Shown in pieces: positions 1-12,600 of a stretch of DNA of 64,000 nt. Source of the DNA: Kudoa neothunni (Eukaryota > Animalia > Cnidaria); contig OZ199838.1 in assembly GCA_964304625.1 (NCBI GenBank), forward strand, positions 10,867,607-10,931,606, read 5' to 3'. The position numbers were made by a program, and so were the translations under genes. Below the pieces are notes generated by a model. The model was not told the origin of the DNA. It was given only the letters and a program-made list of their open reading frames with translations, and ran no database searches. Within the stretch, counting starts at the first letter, position 1. Every line of letters starts with the position of its first letter.

Positions 1-1192
1 TATAATTCATGCCACCAAGATTATTTATTATGGTGAACGTCCACAGACTATCACCAGATTAACTGCAAAAACCCGTCGCATAAGATTATTAAATTGGCTA
101 AAATCTTAAATTTGTCTATTTTTCTGATATTAATGGTCATGGGGTAAAAATTAAAAATTTATCATAACTACCTGTTGGTCTACGGCAATCAAGTACGCAT
201 TGATAAATGCGGATGACAATAATAACGATAAATACTATCAACGGAATAATTACGATATATTTGAATTCGCTTTTATTCTCAGCCATGACGTAGTAGCAAT
301 TTTAGTAGATAACCGATTTCCATAAAATAAGTAGATATTTCCACCTCGTGAGTGAATTCACTTTAATTAAAAGATTAAGCTGATCAAATATGAATCTTAT
401 GCGAATAAGGTCGGAAATCTTATAACCATTGAATAGCTAATTTATGTGAATTGATTAACATCTCTACCACAACAATGTAATCTATAATTTAGAGGCTATT
501 AATTTAACACAGATGAACAATAATATTTTTTTCGTGATAGTCTATTTAACTATGTACACCAAATGATGGAATTTTATCAATTTTTTAATTTAATGTTTAA
601 TGGACATCCCAGATTCACATGGGAGAGGAATAGTGTTATGTTTCGTAACCTAAAACAATTTTTATGATTAATTAATCGATCAATCGATGTAGCGAATTAA
701 ACCAATAATTTGTTTACAGTGTCAGCCTTTAACGTTTATGATCAGGTTCGAAGAATTATTTTTTAAACTCTTTGTTAAAAATTAATTCACATCATGTCGA
801 ATAACTAAAAGTCGCAACTAAATAATTTTTTCACGTGGGTTAATTATCCGAGTAATCATCTAAATAAAATAGAATGTATTTTGACCTCATCATGCATATA
901 AGGTCATTTTTAAGGGTAATAGTTAAGTTTATTTTATTTTGACTTCATTTTGTTTTTTTATTACAGAATTACTTAGATAACATACAGTTAAATATATATA
1001 ATCTAAGATAGAAAAAATAATCATCCAAAAACTCCTAAAAAATGGGGGAAAAATCGACCACCATTTTTTTCAGCAGAATTATAAAAATAATAATATCCAT
1101 TATTATGACTAAAGAAAATTTTATCTTTACCACATCGAACAAATACCAATATATTAATGGTAACCCTTCACTACACACGCTTAGTTGTTGAA

Positions 1193-3534
1193 CCCTTGGC
1201 GGTTTTTCGTTCCCTTTTTGGCACTATCTTCACACCTCTCTATAACTTACAATAATTTGTTTAATAATGTAGTTCTCGGGTATATGATTAACATATATAA
1301 TTTCTATATCATACGAAAATATTAATTAAATATATTTTACATTGCGCCAGATACTGTCCTACATTACCCCTGTAATGTGACGTCAAATAGAACAGGAATT
1401 CCACTTGACTGTTATTTATAAATATTATATTTTCAGTATATAATATTATATGAACAAAAATTTAATATAAGCGAAAATAAAACAAAGGGTAAAGAGTGCC
1501 ACAAATAAATAATTATCAAAATAAAACGGCGCCGAAAAGAGGGCACGATAAACCACCGACGTGCGATTTCTCAATTAATCTTTTTGTTGATCTCGCAGTA
1601 AAGGCTTCAAGGTGGGGTACAGAAACTTAGTTGATGCTATCGAAAATATTGATAGCTTACCAAATACAATTGATTTTATGTTCACACCTTGAATCTTATG
1701 GATAAATTGACTAATGAAGAGTAAAAATTCGTTCACAGAGACTACGACAGCATTGATATTGGAGCTGTTCCCGATATATGTGGCGAAGTAGAAATATTTG
1801 TTAGCTTCGAAAATGATAAAAATATCGAAAATGACCTAGCGTTACGGTTTAAAATTACCCTCTGTTGCATTCATCCACAAACGCAATAAATGAAGAAATG
1901 ATCACCCATAGTGCAGACAATATCTATAATGATTATTGGAACGTGTATTAGTCATATGAAAACTATCTTGAATTTTTTAACGAAAACTTGTTACTGCGTA
2001 TTGTATAAAACAAGTATGTTCGCTAAACAAAAGAACAACCATAAATTTCAGTTGACGATAAAGGAAATAAAATATTTCGTCGGAATCTAATTATTAACGG
2101 GATATAATAAATTATCCCAGAAACGTATGTAATGGGAATCTACTATGGTCGGCGACGTTTAACTAATGAAAAAGCCAATGCCATGCAGCAGATTCAAATT
2201 GTTGTTAGAATATACCTACATTTTAACGACAATTCAGAGTTGGTTAAAAGTGATAAACGTTTCAAAGTAAGGCCACTACTTGGAAAAATGAATAGAAATC
2301 TTAAAAAATTTGATTTTTTTCATAATTTTGCAATTAACGAATATATGATACCATACACAGGTCACTTTACCTGCAAAATGTGCATGTAAGGGAAACCGAT
2401 TCGTTTTGGCTTAAAGAAATGGGTTTTAGCATCTTGTAATGGTTATATTTACAGCTTCAATGTGTAATCCGGTATGTTAGAATCGTATTGCAAACGCTTT
2501 AGTTTATGTGGTAGTGTTGTGTTAAAATTAATCAAAGAACTTGATGAAAAAAGTGATTTTCATGTTTTTTTTGATAATTTTTCCATCTCATAAATTAAAG
2601 GCTGAAAAGAAGAGAGATACAAACGCCATGGGAACAATGAGGTTAACGCGGGCACTCAAATGCCCATGGATAGATCCTAAGGTGATGGAAAAGAAACCTA
2701 GAGGTTTTTATGAGATCTACGAAGATTTCTCAACCATGATAATTTATTTTTATTGGAACGATCGCAACTAACTGACTTTCTCAGAAATATGCCTTCTGTT
2801 GAGCCGGTTCAACATTCAAAATGTTGTTGATAAATCGGAAAGTGGTATGTGACGATAGACCAGGCATATGTCTCATATATGTATAATAAGCATATGGGAG
2901 GAATTGACATTAGGGACAATAATATATACGGTTACAGAGTGAAAATTTGTTCTAAAAAGTGGTAATGGCCCTTGTTTACGAATATTATCTAAATCGCAGC
3001 GGTCAATTCCTGCAAATGGCTAAATTATAAGAATTAATGCAACATAATACTATTGACTCATATTGGGCGCATTGTGGCCAATATGTTCGGAATCTACTGC
3101 AATGAAAAAATTATTAGAATATCATCATAAGAAAATATTCATGCTGTTTTGTTGTGTGATTGCCTAACCATGAGCGCCGACGCCGAATCATTGAAAAAAG
3201 ACACAAATGCATCGTTTGTAAAAAACACTCTCTATTCGTGTCTAATGTGCAAAACTATATACATATCAAATTCTCAAAGATTTATCATAAGCCATAATAT
3301 TTTGTCGTATTATTTATATATCATTGCATTTTTCCTTGGCACAAATGCCCCAGCGCTAAATTAGAGAAATTCACGTCGGTCGTTTATCGTGCCCTTTTCG
3401 ACACTTTTGTATTTGAATTATTTTCATACCTCCCAAATGATTCCAGAAGAAATATTTCACGCTTTATCATTAATAATTATGCTCTGTTTGCAGTTTAAAT
3501 TTTTTAAAGATTTAGATATGAAAACCGCTATTGG
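1193..3534 (+). mobile_element. Degenerate piggyBac element (pB-1)
   Basis: Left end tgaa|CCCTTGGCGGTTTT resembles the reverse complement of the right end ttaa|CCAATAGCGGTTTT (TTAA at 3535-3538). Contains broken DDE_Tnp_1_7-like fragments. Confidence 0.8.
1700..3260 (+). pseudogene. piggyBac transposase pseudogene
   Basis: Fragments YLHFNDN..DKRFKVRPLL, INEYMIPYTG, GKPIRFGLK.WVLAS, AMGTMRLTR, YNKHMGGIDI and KKW*WPLF, with many stops and frameshifts. Boundaries approximate. Confidence 0.85.
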
Positions 3535-4976
3535 TTAAACTATGAGTTTTTCGTCTGACTATTGCAAAATGTGACCAAATTTTGTTGATCTAAATGCCGA
3601 ATATTTATTTTAGAAAAAAGTCATCTAATAAATACAATTATGACGTTGAATTGGCTATTTATTCTTTGCGTGGCAAAAATGGAAACCTGTGGTCAGTCGA
3701 TAAACCTATAAATTTCAAGAATTGATTGCGAAAATATTTTGAATATTCGTCTTGGTGTGTCTTCTCTCACTTTATTGAAGACAACTCACCTAGGAAACAC
3801 TTCCAGACTATTTTTTAATTTAAAAGTTTACAATCTGATTCTATAATTTACAAATTTATTTGATGCTAATTACTTTCGCGATAGTTAGGATAATTTGGGC
3901 ACAACTGGATGTGAGATTTGACAGATATTTTGAGTAGATATTGCTAGTGGCTGTTCGTCAAAATTGACAGGAATCTATTTCTAGATTATTTGTGGTTGTT
4001 GAAGGCGGACCAATTTATAGAGATCTTATTTGTTTCAATAAATTCAAACAAATTAGAAGGATTCTCATTTTGAGGATCTATCAGCTTGAGAGTTGAGAAG
4101 AGAGTCGGGCTCATTTCACCATATTTGGGGATTTTAGTCTTTTAGAGGTGATTTGCCTACATGCAGGTTCCTCCCATTTTAGGATGTATACATTAATTTG
4201 AAACTAGTTTCTTTCAGAAACCATTTCTCATGCAATCAATACATTGTAACGGTTGGTTATATAAGGGATGTGACCAAAGCTAACGGATGTGCAATAAGCA
4301 ACAGAAAGATACGGTACCACCGCCTTTTGAGCTATGGCTCGCGGGTTCGAACCTCACCCGCGACCTTTAATTACTACGTGTTTTCTGAATTAGGAGAAAA
4401 ATGGTTGTTTTGGATTGGGCAAGATAATGGGAAGGATGGGTAAATCGGCCACCCTTAAATGTTAAAAATTGTTTTGGACAGGTTTTACACCATCTATGCA
4501 TCTTTATAATTATTTACTCTTGAAATTTACCAATGTTAGAACTCCATGTTATTTCTGACAGCAAAATCTATGTGCACGATTGGATGTACAATAAGTGTTT
4601 GGTAGTATTTTTGAACAATGCATCTTACATATATATTTAAGAAATAATCATTTTGTTGAAAAGTGTATAACAACAGTATTAGATGAATTTGGGAATATTT
4701 TCGGAATTGTGTAATTTCAAAAATTATTAGGCTGCAAAGAATTCCAATCAGAACATGAAAAATATTTACTTATAAAATATATATCTTAAAAGAACTTCTA
4801 AAGACAAGGTTGGGGTTTTTGTTGTAAAAATTGGAAGAATTTTCCACTCAAAGCATGGAGATTTGAATAAATTGAGAAAACGATATTCGCAGATCTCCTT
4901 AGAGATGAAGATCGCAGGGGCATTGTAGCGTCTCCATGATTGTAGCAAAAACTTAAATGTATTATTAATATTGGAT

Positions 4977-6497
4977 TTAAAAAAGATAAATACTTATTAA
5001 TGATATATAAACAGTTAAAAACATGTATCCCATCTTTTTTGAAATTTTCCATTGATTTAGATACAACATGGTCAAAGTATAAAGCATAGATCCGATAAGA
5101 AGGGTGGCTGAAATGGTAGTAGATTGATTTTGAATTTCAATGGTTGAACCCGGACTTATTATGGCAGTTTTAAGAAACCAAGGCAAACCAAGACATAACA
5201 TATCAAAAACGTTGCTTCCAACTGCGTTTGCAACGGCCATATCCGCATTTCCGTGCCTCGAAACAACGATACTAGCCATCAAGTCTGGTAAACTACTGCC
5301 CGCAGCTAGAAATGTCATACCCATAACACAATCAGGTATTTTCATCGTGAATCCTATAATACAAACCATCCAAACAAGGATATACGAGTAGAATCCAAGC
5401 AACCCAATTGAAATGAAAAATCTCAAGGTATGGTAGACGAGTGGTTTTCTATTCAGGACATATCTTGGAGTTAGTAGGTCAAACAACGCAACCACCATTA
5501 TACCGAAAATCCATTTGATGCGATCAAACCAATGATTTGGAAATTTAAATAAAGTGAATTCAAGGTCGTCAATGTGAAAAATATAATTTTTGGTCGTAGT
5601 TTGAGGTGATTTTGCATTATTTGTAGAGGATTCTTCATCAGAAAATATCTTTTCATCTCCAATGGGACTCTTCTCACTTGCTTTTGCATTACAAATGTCT
5701 TTATTGAAGATGAAACCATGTATTTTGTGTGAAAAGCGTTCTAACTTTGAATTATACACAATAGCCACTATATACAGAGAGTAGACTATAAGAAAGACAA
5801 GAGACTCGAACCAATGAACTGAGCCATCCGACACTGATATAATGAGGGTAGATGTGCTTGTAAGGTAGGCGATAGTGTCGCGTAACAACGGATACCACAT
5901 TATAGTGATTGGTTTAGGGATGCTTAAACCTGTACAGCCAATGATACACAAGGTGTTGAATATGGTTGATCCAACAATAGTTCCTACTCCGATATCGGTG
6001 GCATTTTCAACAAGAAACACAGATATCAAAGCTATAAATACAGTGGGAGCAGAACTACCAGCAGCCATTAATGTTGCTCCTGATACATCTTCTCTCAGGT
6101 TAAATTTTTCGCTTATATAACCAAGGCTGGGTACGAAGTAGTTTTCACAAATGAGAGCCAATACTACAAATATATACACCGATACGGCTAAGTGCACGAT
6201 AACCAAACCAGACTCTCGTTGTTCTTGTGTGAAAAAATCCACCGGAAAATCATCTAAAGCATAATGCTCTGAAACGCATTCTGGTGGAAGCTCTACTATA
6301 AATTTGGGGGTGAATTTTCTATGGGTTTTATTTCTTGCACTGACTGAATGTGTTTGTGGATATTGGATGGATGATAGCGGGTCGAAATTTATCGCAAATA
6401 TTACCACACTAAAAAGGGATCTAATAGAAAGCATACACTCTTTTTCATAATCGTGTAAATTCCGTTCAAAATTTACTACTGAATAAACTGATACCAT
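4977..6497 (-). CDS. SLC24A: K+-dependent Na+/Ca2+ exchanger (NCKX, SLC24 family), single exon, 506 aa
   Basis: N-terminal FP.DFFTQEQRESGLVIVH; alpha-1 DVSGATLMAAGSSAP; DIGVGTIVGSTIFN; alpha-2 IPDCVMGMTFLAAGSSLPDLMAS...DMAVANAVGSNVFD..CLGLPW; two TM clusters. Confidence 0.95.
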   Translation of the reverse strand: MVSVYSVVNFERNLHDYEKECMLSIRSLFSVVIFAINFDPLSSIQYPQTHSVSARNKTHRKFTPKFIVELPPECVSEHYALDDFPVDFFTQEQRESGLVIVHLAVSVYIFVVLALICENYFVPSLGYISEKFNLREDVSGATLMAAGSSAPTVFIALISVFLVENATDIGVGTIVGSTIFNTLCIIGCTGLSIPKPITIMWYPLLRDTIAYLTSTSTLIISVSDGSVHWFESLVFLIVYSLYIVAIVYNSKLERFSHKIHGFIFNKDICNAKASEKSPIGDEKIFSDEESSTNNAKSPQTTTKNYIFHIDDLEFTLFKFPNHWFDRIKWIFGIMVVALFDLLTPRYVLNRKPLVYHTLRFFISIGLLGFYSYILVWMVCIIGFTMKIPDCVMGMTFLAAGSSLPDLMASIVVSRHGNADMAVANAVGSNVFDMLCLGLPWFLKTAIISPGSTIEIQNQSTTISATLLIGSMLYTLTMLYLNQWKISKKMGYMFLTVYISLISIYLF

Positions 6498-6738
6498 AAG
6501 CTTCTATTCAATGCAATATACAAGGTGTTAAATTTTTTATTGATGTTGTTACGTTCAAGTCATGAATCAGCCTTTATCATACGTATCTATGGTAGATTTT
6601 CAAAGTATGTTCTAAAATATCTACTAAATGTCTTAGTCAGCTAATGACGTTTTCTCTAAAGATGGTGTACATAATCATGATGAAAGCGCCTTACTCTATT
6701 AAATGGTGCAGAAATTTTTACATATGATAAAGAATTAA

Positions 6739-8321
6739 CTCCTTGAACCCTCCCTCTAACGATTTTGGGGTAAATTTTACCCCAAAGCGATGTTGTATTC
6801 ATTATACCCCATTATTTCATTCATTAAATCTCACCAAATATTCAATATTCCTATAAATTATAATGATTTACTTTTAATAAACAAGTTGGAAAAAAACAAA
6901 TTAAAAAACAAATTTTTATTTAAATATTATCCTCTAACGTTGTCGAGGAAAAATTTTACCCGATTTTTTCATTACTTTAATGTAAAGTTTGTTTATCTAG
7001 TAAACAATCGTGTAATAAATTAATAGTTAAATTAAACGAGCAGAGTTAAAGAAAACAATGAATAAATGACTAATTGGAACAACGCGCATGTGCGCGTTAT
7101 GCATAATTCGGAATAAATAGTTAGTGATCTCGTTGACGAATATACCTCATCAGAAAGCGAATTTGACGATCAAGTTATTGATGAAAGTGATATATTGGAC
7201 GAAGCAATAAATCCAATAGATATTACTGATAATCATTTAAAAAGTAAACGTGGAATTATTCGGAGTTTATCAACGTCATCCACGAGAAAAACCTGTGCAG
7301 AAAACATAATAAATTCTATCATTGGTGTCACTTTATATGTTGTATCAAAAATAAAATCATCCAATGATTGTTTTTTGTTACCCTTTACCTCAAAAATCGG
7401 TGGTGTTATCATAAAGTATGAAAAAATGTGCTCGGAAATCATTATTTCAATCATGAGTGACGTGATACCAATGAAATTGAATTTAAAGGTTATATATACC
7501 TTCTAATACCAATAGAATTTCAGAAATATAGACAAGCAACACTGATAATACTGTCATCGATGCTTCTAAAAGTTTTAAACCTCATACGATAATGCATTAC
7601 AATGCAACCAAGGGTGGGGTAGATATTGTGGATAGAATGTTGGCATCAATTTCTACCCAAAAGTTTGAAAGAAGATGGCCGCTTATCGTCTTTTTCAACA
7701 TGATTGATACCTGTTGATTAATGTTTTTGCATTATTCAATGACATGTTTAATTCAGAGAAAAAATTAAGGAGGAATTTTCCGGAAGAGATTTTTGAAGAA
7801 TTGTTCAATTCGCTATAAATTGAATCTCCGGAAAAGTTATCAAAAGAATTTAAGAAAAATCTGATATTCGAATTAAGAACAAATTTTAAATAAAAAGTCT
7901 TTACGCTGAGAGGATCGTGAAAGAAAATAATGATAAGAGAAACACTAAATGGTGTCATAATTGCTGCAAGTTTTTTTCTCCACTCATGCCATGCTTCGAG
8001 ATTTTTGTAAGTGCCAAAATTAATTGATGTGCTTATTTTTGTTTTAATGTTTATTTTTTTACGCGTTTTTTATTAACCGATAACGTCACTTTTATTTTGT
8101 AAACACTCACGGAGAACGTCGATATATCCCCATAATGTCATAATCGAGATTAGTTTGAGATTATTTGACGTAATTAATACAATATTCCAATGATTCTACT
8201 CGTTTAAATTTAATAATATTTTGTATTCCCCAATTAATTATTTTTTACACACATTGGCGCAATAAAAAAGTGGGATAATTTTTACCCCAAAAGTTTCAAA
8301 GGAGTACCGTTTTTGAGATGG
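6739..8321 (+). mobile_element. Internally deleted non-autonomous piggyBac (pB-2)
   Basis: TTAA at 6735-6738 and 8322-8325. Subterminal palindrome TTTGGGGTAAA-T-TTTACCCCAAA (6764-6786) with a degenerate copy near 8270-8292. An acidic N-terminus (~7070-7400) is followed closely by KPHTIMHYNATKGGVDIVDRM...RRWPLIVFFNMID (~7577-7714). Confidence 0.8.
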
Positions 8322-8389
8322 TTAAAATAAAATGTTATGCTTAGTATAATATCTAAAGCACCTTTAAGACACAAACACGTATAACATAT

Positions 8390-9298
8390 TTAACTGGAGC
8401 TTCCTTATTCAATGGAAAGTTAGAATGTTTTAAAAATGCAAATAAATCCCTTGTTTAAATTAAAAAACGCATAAACGATGTAGGGAATTTTCTCGAGACA
8501 TTTAGTTAAGTTAAATTATTTTTATAAAAGTAAAAATTTAAAATTTTGAATAAAGTGAATATTTGTTGATAATTCTAGATGTCATTTAAAAAATTCAAAA
8601 ATATATTGTTGATTTTTTACGAGTAGTACGACTAGTATTTTACAACTGCTTGATCAAGGAGTCATCCATCCATTTAAATATGTCCATAAAATAAAGATCA
8701 TCGATCGATATATTATGTTTCGAAGTTGAAGTAGACTCGAACTTTCAGAAGATTTCAGAAGAAGTCATGGTATTCATCCAAACTGCGTGGAACATTATCA
8801 AATAATACACATTGATCAATTATTTTCTCATAGATGGGTTTTCTAAGTAAAAGTCCACCTTTGATAGTGAAAGTTTAAAATAATCTGATATTGTTGCAAC
8901 AACTAAAGCTGATATGGCACTGTTTCCATTTAAAGTTGAGGATGAAATTCGAGAGATGATCGATGAAGAGGATTTGCAAAAAAAAATGAATACGATTTTA
9001 ATTTTATTGTTAATGCGTTAAATAAACTAAAAAGAAGTGATAAGGTCGTTTATTTAACTTATAACTAAAAATTTGATTGTAGATGCGATAAATGGCGATT
9101 GTGATCTTGCAACGCCACCTCAAGAGGTTAATTTGTTTAAATTAAAGTAAACTAAAATGAACAAAGTTAGAAAAGTTAAAGAAACTTAATGTATTTGATC
9201 ATTCATTTATTTAATTTACATAGAAAAGGATACATACAAAATAATATCAAATAAAATGACTCAAGCAACTATTATTAAATACTTTCCCACAAAATAAA
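8390..9298 (+). pseudogene. pogo/Tigger-like (DDE_1) transposase remnant
   Basis: VDNSRCH (~8565) and TTSILQLLDQGVIHPFK (~8628-8678) match the DNxxxH and TTSxLQPLDQGII pogo motifs. C-terminus KMTQATIIKYFPTK*. Confidence 0.7.
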
Positions 9299-9605
9299 AT
9301 ATAACTTTTGAATAATGTTTTCGTAAAATAGCTTAGTAAAACTAAAAATGAAGAATAATTGGTGTATAAAAAATATTGCGACACACGCGAAAACTGGGGC
9401 GTACTATAGTACCATAGCTGTCAGACGACGGTACGCATTTTCCTCTTGACCTCCAGGGGATTGCGTATTATTAGTTACCTGATTATAACAACTTTTTTTA
9501 ATAAGAAAAAAATATTCTCTAATTAATAATAAAATGTAAATTCATTCTACTATATTTATTTTTATTCGTAACTATTATTTCGTATTCGTTGGTGCAATTG
9601 ATTTT

Positions 9606-12600
9606 TTAGGATGCCCGATTTTTCAACATAATAAAATTTTAGGTTGTATGAATGGTTATTGATATTAGGTCTCGAAGAGGAGTATTTAGTAAATATGGTG
9701 TCGTCTATGATATTCTTGATGTTTTCAAAATAATTTGAATTTTTTGCGTACTAAATTCATTTAACCAGGCACAATCTAGTCATTTGATAATAACTTTGAT
9801 ATAGTTTTTAAAATAAATTTTTAGTGGTGTGTTGTGAGTGACGGCTTGTTTGATAAATTTCCACGCGTATTCTGACACTATTCAATCAATATAAAATCCA
9901 TGAATGATAAATCCCAAATACCAATATATCGGTTTAAAAAGTCAATAGTTGCCAACGTGATTGGTAGACAAAGGTGGTTAAGGTGTTGTTGGTAACACGT
10001 AACGAGAACTTCCATTTCTTGATTTTCAATATTAAATATGATTTTAAAAATTATTCTATTACCAAAGAATATAATTTCGCATAGATTTCTGTAGTCGTAT
10101 TGTTTTTGTGGGTCTTGTAAAAAATCTGAAATAAGCAATCGCTTGCAATGTCGCTTATAGCCTTCAGAACTCCAATAAAAAGAGGATGAGGTAGCCTTCG
10201 TGAGGTTCATTTCAGGTACAGGCCAGTGTTTTTTTATGTATTCAAGCATAGTCAAGCATATACTGACCATATACTCAATATCAATATTCTTTAAATGTCT
10301 TTGTTTATCTAAAAAATTACAAAATAATTGATTTTTCTCGTTTTTTGGATAAGTAGTTTAATTTTAAAAATATAAAAAATCCGTTTTGCTATTTTGATAT
10401 TTGGCTAATCATTAATAAAAAATACCATCGATTAGGTAGACGCAAGGTGGATTCACCCAGAAGAGCAAAAAGGATTCCATTTTAAGTAAAATCCTTTCAG
10501 AAGTTAAGTTAGTTGTAGAAAACTCGGAAATGCTAAAGGTCATTTGGGTGTTGCTAAGCGATTCGGAAAGAAAAAGGCCAGCATTGTTGCTGAAGGATGA
10601 ACTACAAGGAACAATATCTTCGAAACATTCATAATCATAGTACACCAACTTTCCAAGTTGTATTAGAATTTTCTATTTCCATAATTATTGAGGAATACAA
10701 CGAAATATTATTTATCATTGACTTGAAGGTTACATAATTACTAAAAACATACCCTATAGTTGAACGAATATATCGGTTTGAGGTTGGTCTTGACAAATGT
10801 AGTAAGAACTAAATTTATAATTAAAATATGGAATGAATGTTAGTTAAATACTATTAGTAAATCTTTCAAGGTATTGAAAATCAATCCGTTTCTATGTCAC
10901 ATATAATGTAAGTTAAAGCTTAAATTAACGTTAAATACCAGCGTTGCTGGACGAGTCACCAACTCAAAAAACACATTCGATATACCAAGAAGGACGAAAT
11001 CTCTATATTTCTTTAAGAATGGAACAGTGTCATCAAAATAAATCATCAATTCATTTAAAAATCTATATCTGATTAATAAAATATCGAACAAAGCATAATC
11101 ATACATTGCGAGACATTTGATGTCAAGGACAGCATTGTAATGCCTGCAAATATTCAATATGCATTTTATTATTTTAATGATAAGCTAAAAAAAGTTTTCA
11201 AACATTTTTAAGACAAATAACCTACATCAATAGATGATTTCTCAAGAATATTCAATAAATTGAGTTCACCAGAGTCGCATTTGGTTTTTTCCATCAGGAT
11301 GGAACAAACTTTAGAAGTCGTCGATATGAGGAGATTGGCATTATAGAGTCTTGTGTTGATGATGCAACTACTTTCTTCACTGATTACTTGTACAAAAGGC
11401 TCCAATATATCTAATTAAAATAAGAAATAATGTTGAAAATATGGAAAAACTTTTCTCATCCATATTTCCTTTAAAAATATTAGCAACACCACTTCGAACA
11501 CTCATTCCGAAAGATCTTTGAGTGATGTCCGATTGAGGCTCACTCAGCTGTCTAGATGCACTTAATCTGGATGTTCTATTTGTAGAGATATTCTCGGGAA
11601 ATCTCAAAGTTAAACGTTCTGATTTGGCTGTTAAATTTCTGCCGGTCTTAATTTGAGCTTCACCTTCAAACATTGGTACTGATTCGTTTCCACCGCCAGC
11701 TCCCGTTCCTGCCTTTAGTATATTTACTTCCCTATCATAGATATTAATAGTTTATTATACATTTCTATAAAAATATATGAACTTTAAGATATATGAGTTT
11801 TGAGAGATGAGAACGTTAACATAGCGCGAGTATTTTAGAGTTGCATGGTGGGAGAAGGATAGCTCCATCATGGCTATGTGTTCCAAATAAGCTGGAAACG
11901 TAACGTATACTATTGTCTAATGTTTAAATTACCCATAAAAACATTCAACGCTTTAGTAAGTACCAGAATAGAAGATGTCTGAATTGATAGTGATTTCTCT
12001 GCAAGTACTAACACTGATAGAGCAACAAATGTTTCCATAATATCCAGATTGTTAGTTTCACCAATAGTTTGCGTGTCCTGTAGCAATTAAAAGCCAGAAA
12101 ATGAAATAAACTAAAGTAAACTAATTAACCTTTAATGATTTATAATGATCGATGAGATCCATAATTCGGAGTTTGTCAAATTTTTGTGAATTCAACATGG
12201 TGATAAGAAAATTTTGGAATTTCTTTTCAGGGATCTATTCAAAAATAGGTAGATTGATACTTTGATTTTTTTAAGGGAATTAAAACCTTTAAAGCACGAT
12301 CAACGTTAGACTTAGCAATGTCAAGATCCAATGAAGGGGGTATACAGGCAATTATCTAGAAAGAAAAAAATCTTAACCTTTATAGTTAATTCATTCTCGA
12401 TGTTACTTGAAATATTAGGTAATTTTGGTGAATAGAATATATTTTTGTCACAAAATACTGTAATGTTAGAGAGTAAATAATGTATAGAATATTTTTTAAT
12501 TGTTAGAACCTCGATAGCGTTACAAATCGTAATATCAGCATAGCAATATATCCTCATAATTGTAGGGAATATATAGGCGAATCTATTTATATTTACACCA

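Noticed and set aside
77-404. 12-bp inverted repeat TCGCATAAGATT / AATCTTATGCGA
   Set aside because: Too short, with no TSD or further homology, to call a MITE.
5140-6120. Short + strand ORFs overlapping NCKX, and similar antisense ORFs over arginase, pB-3, pB-4 and LLPH
   Set aside because: Antisense or alternate-frame by-products of real coding sequence.
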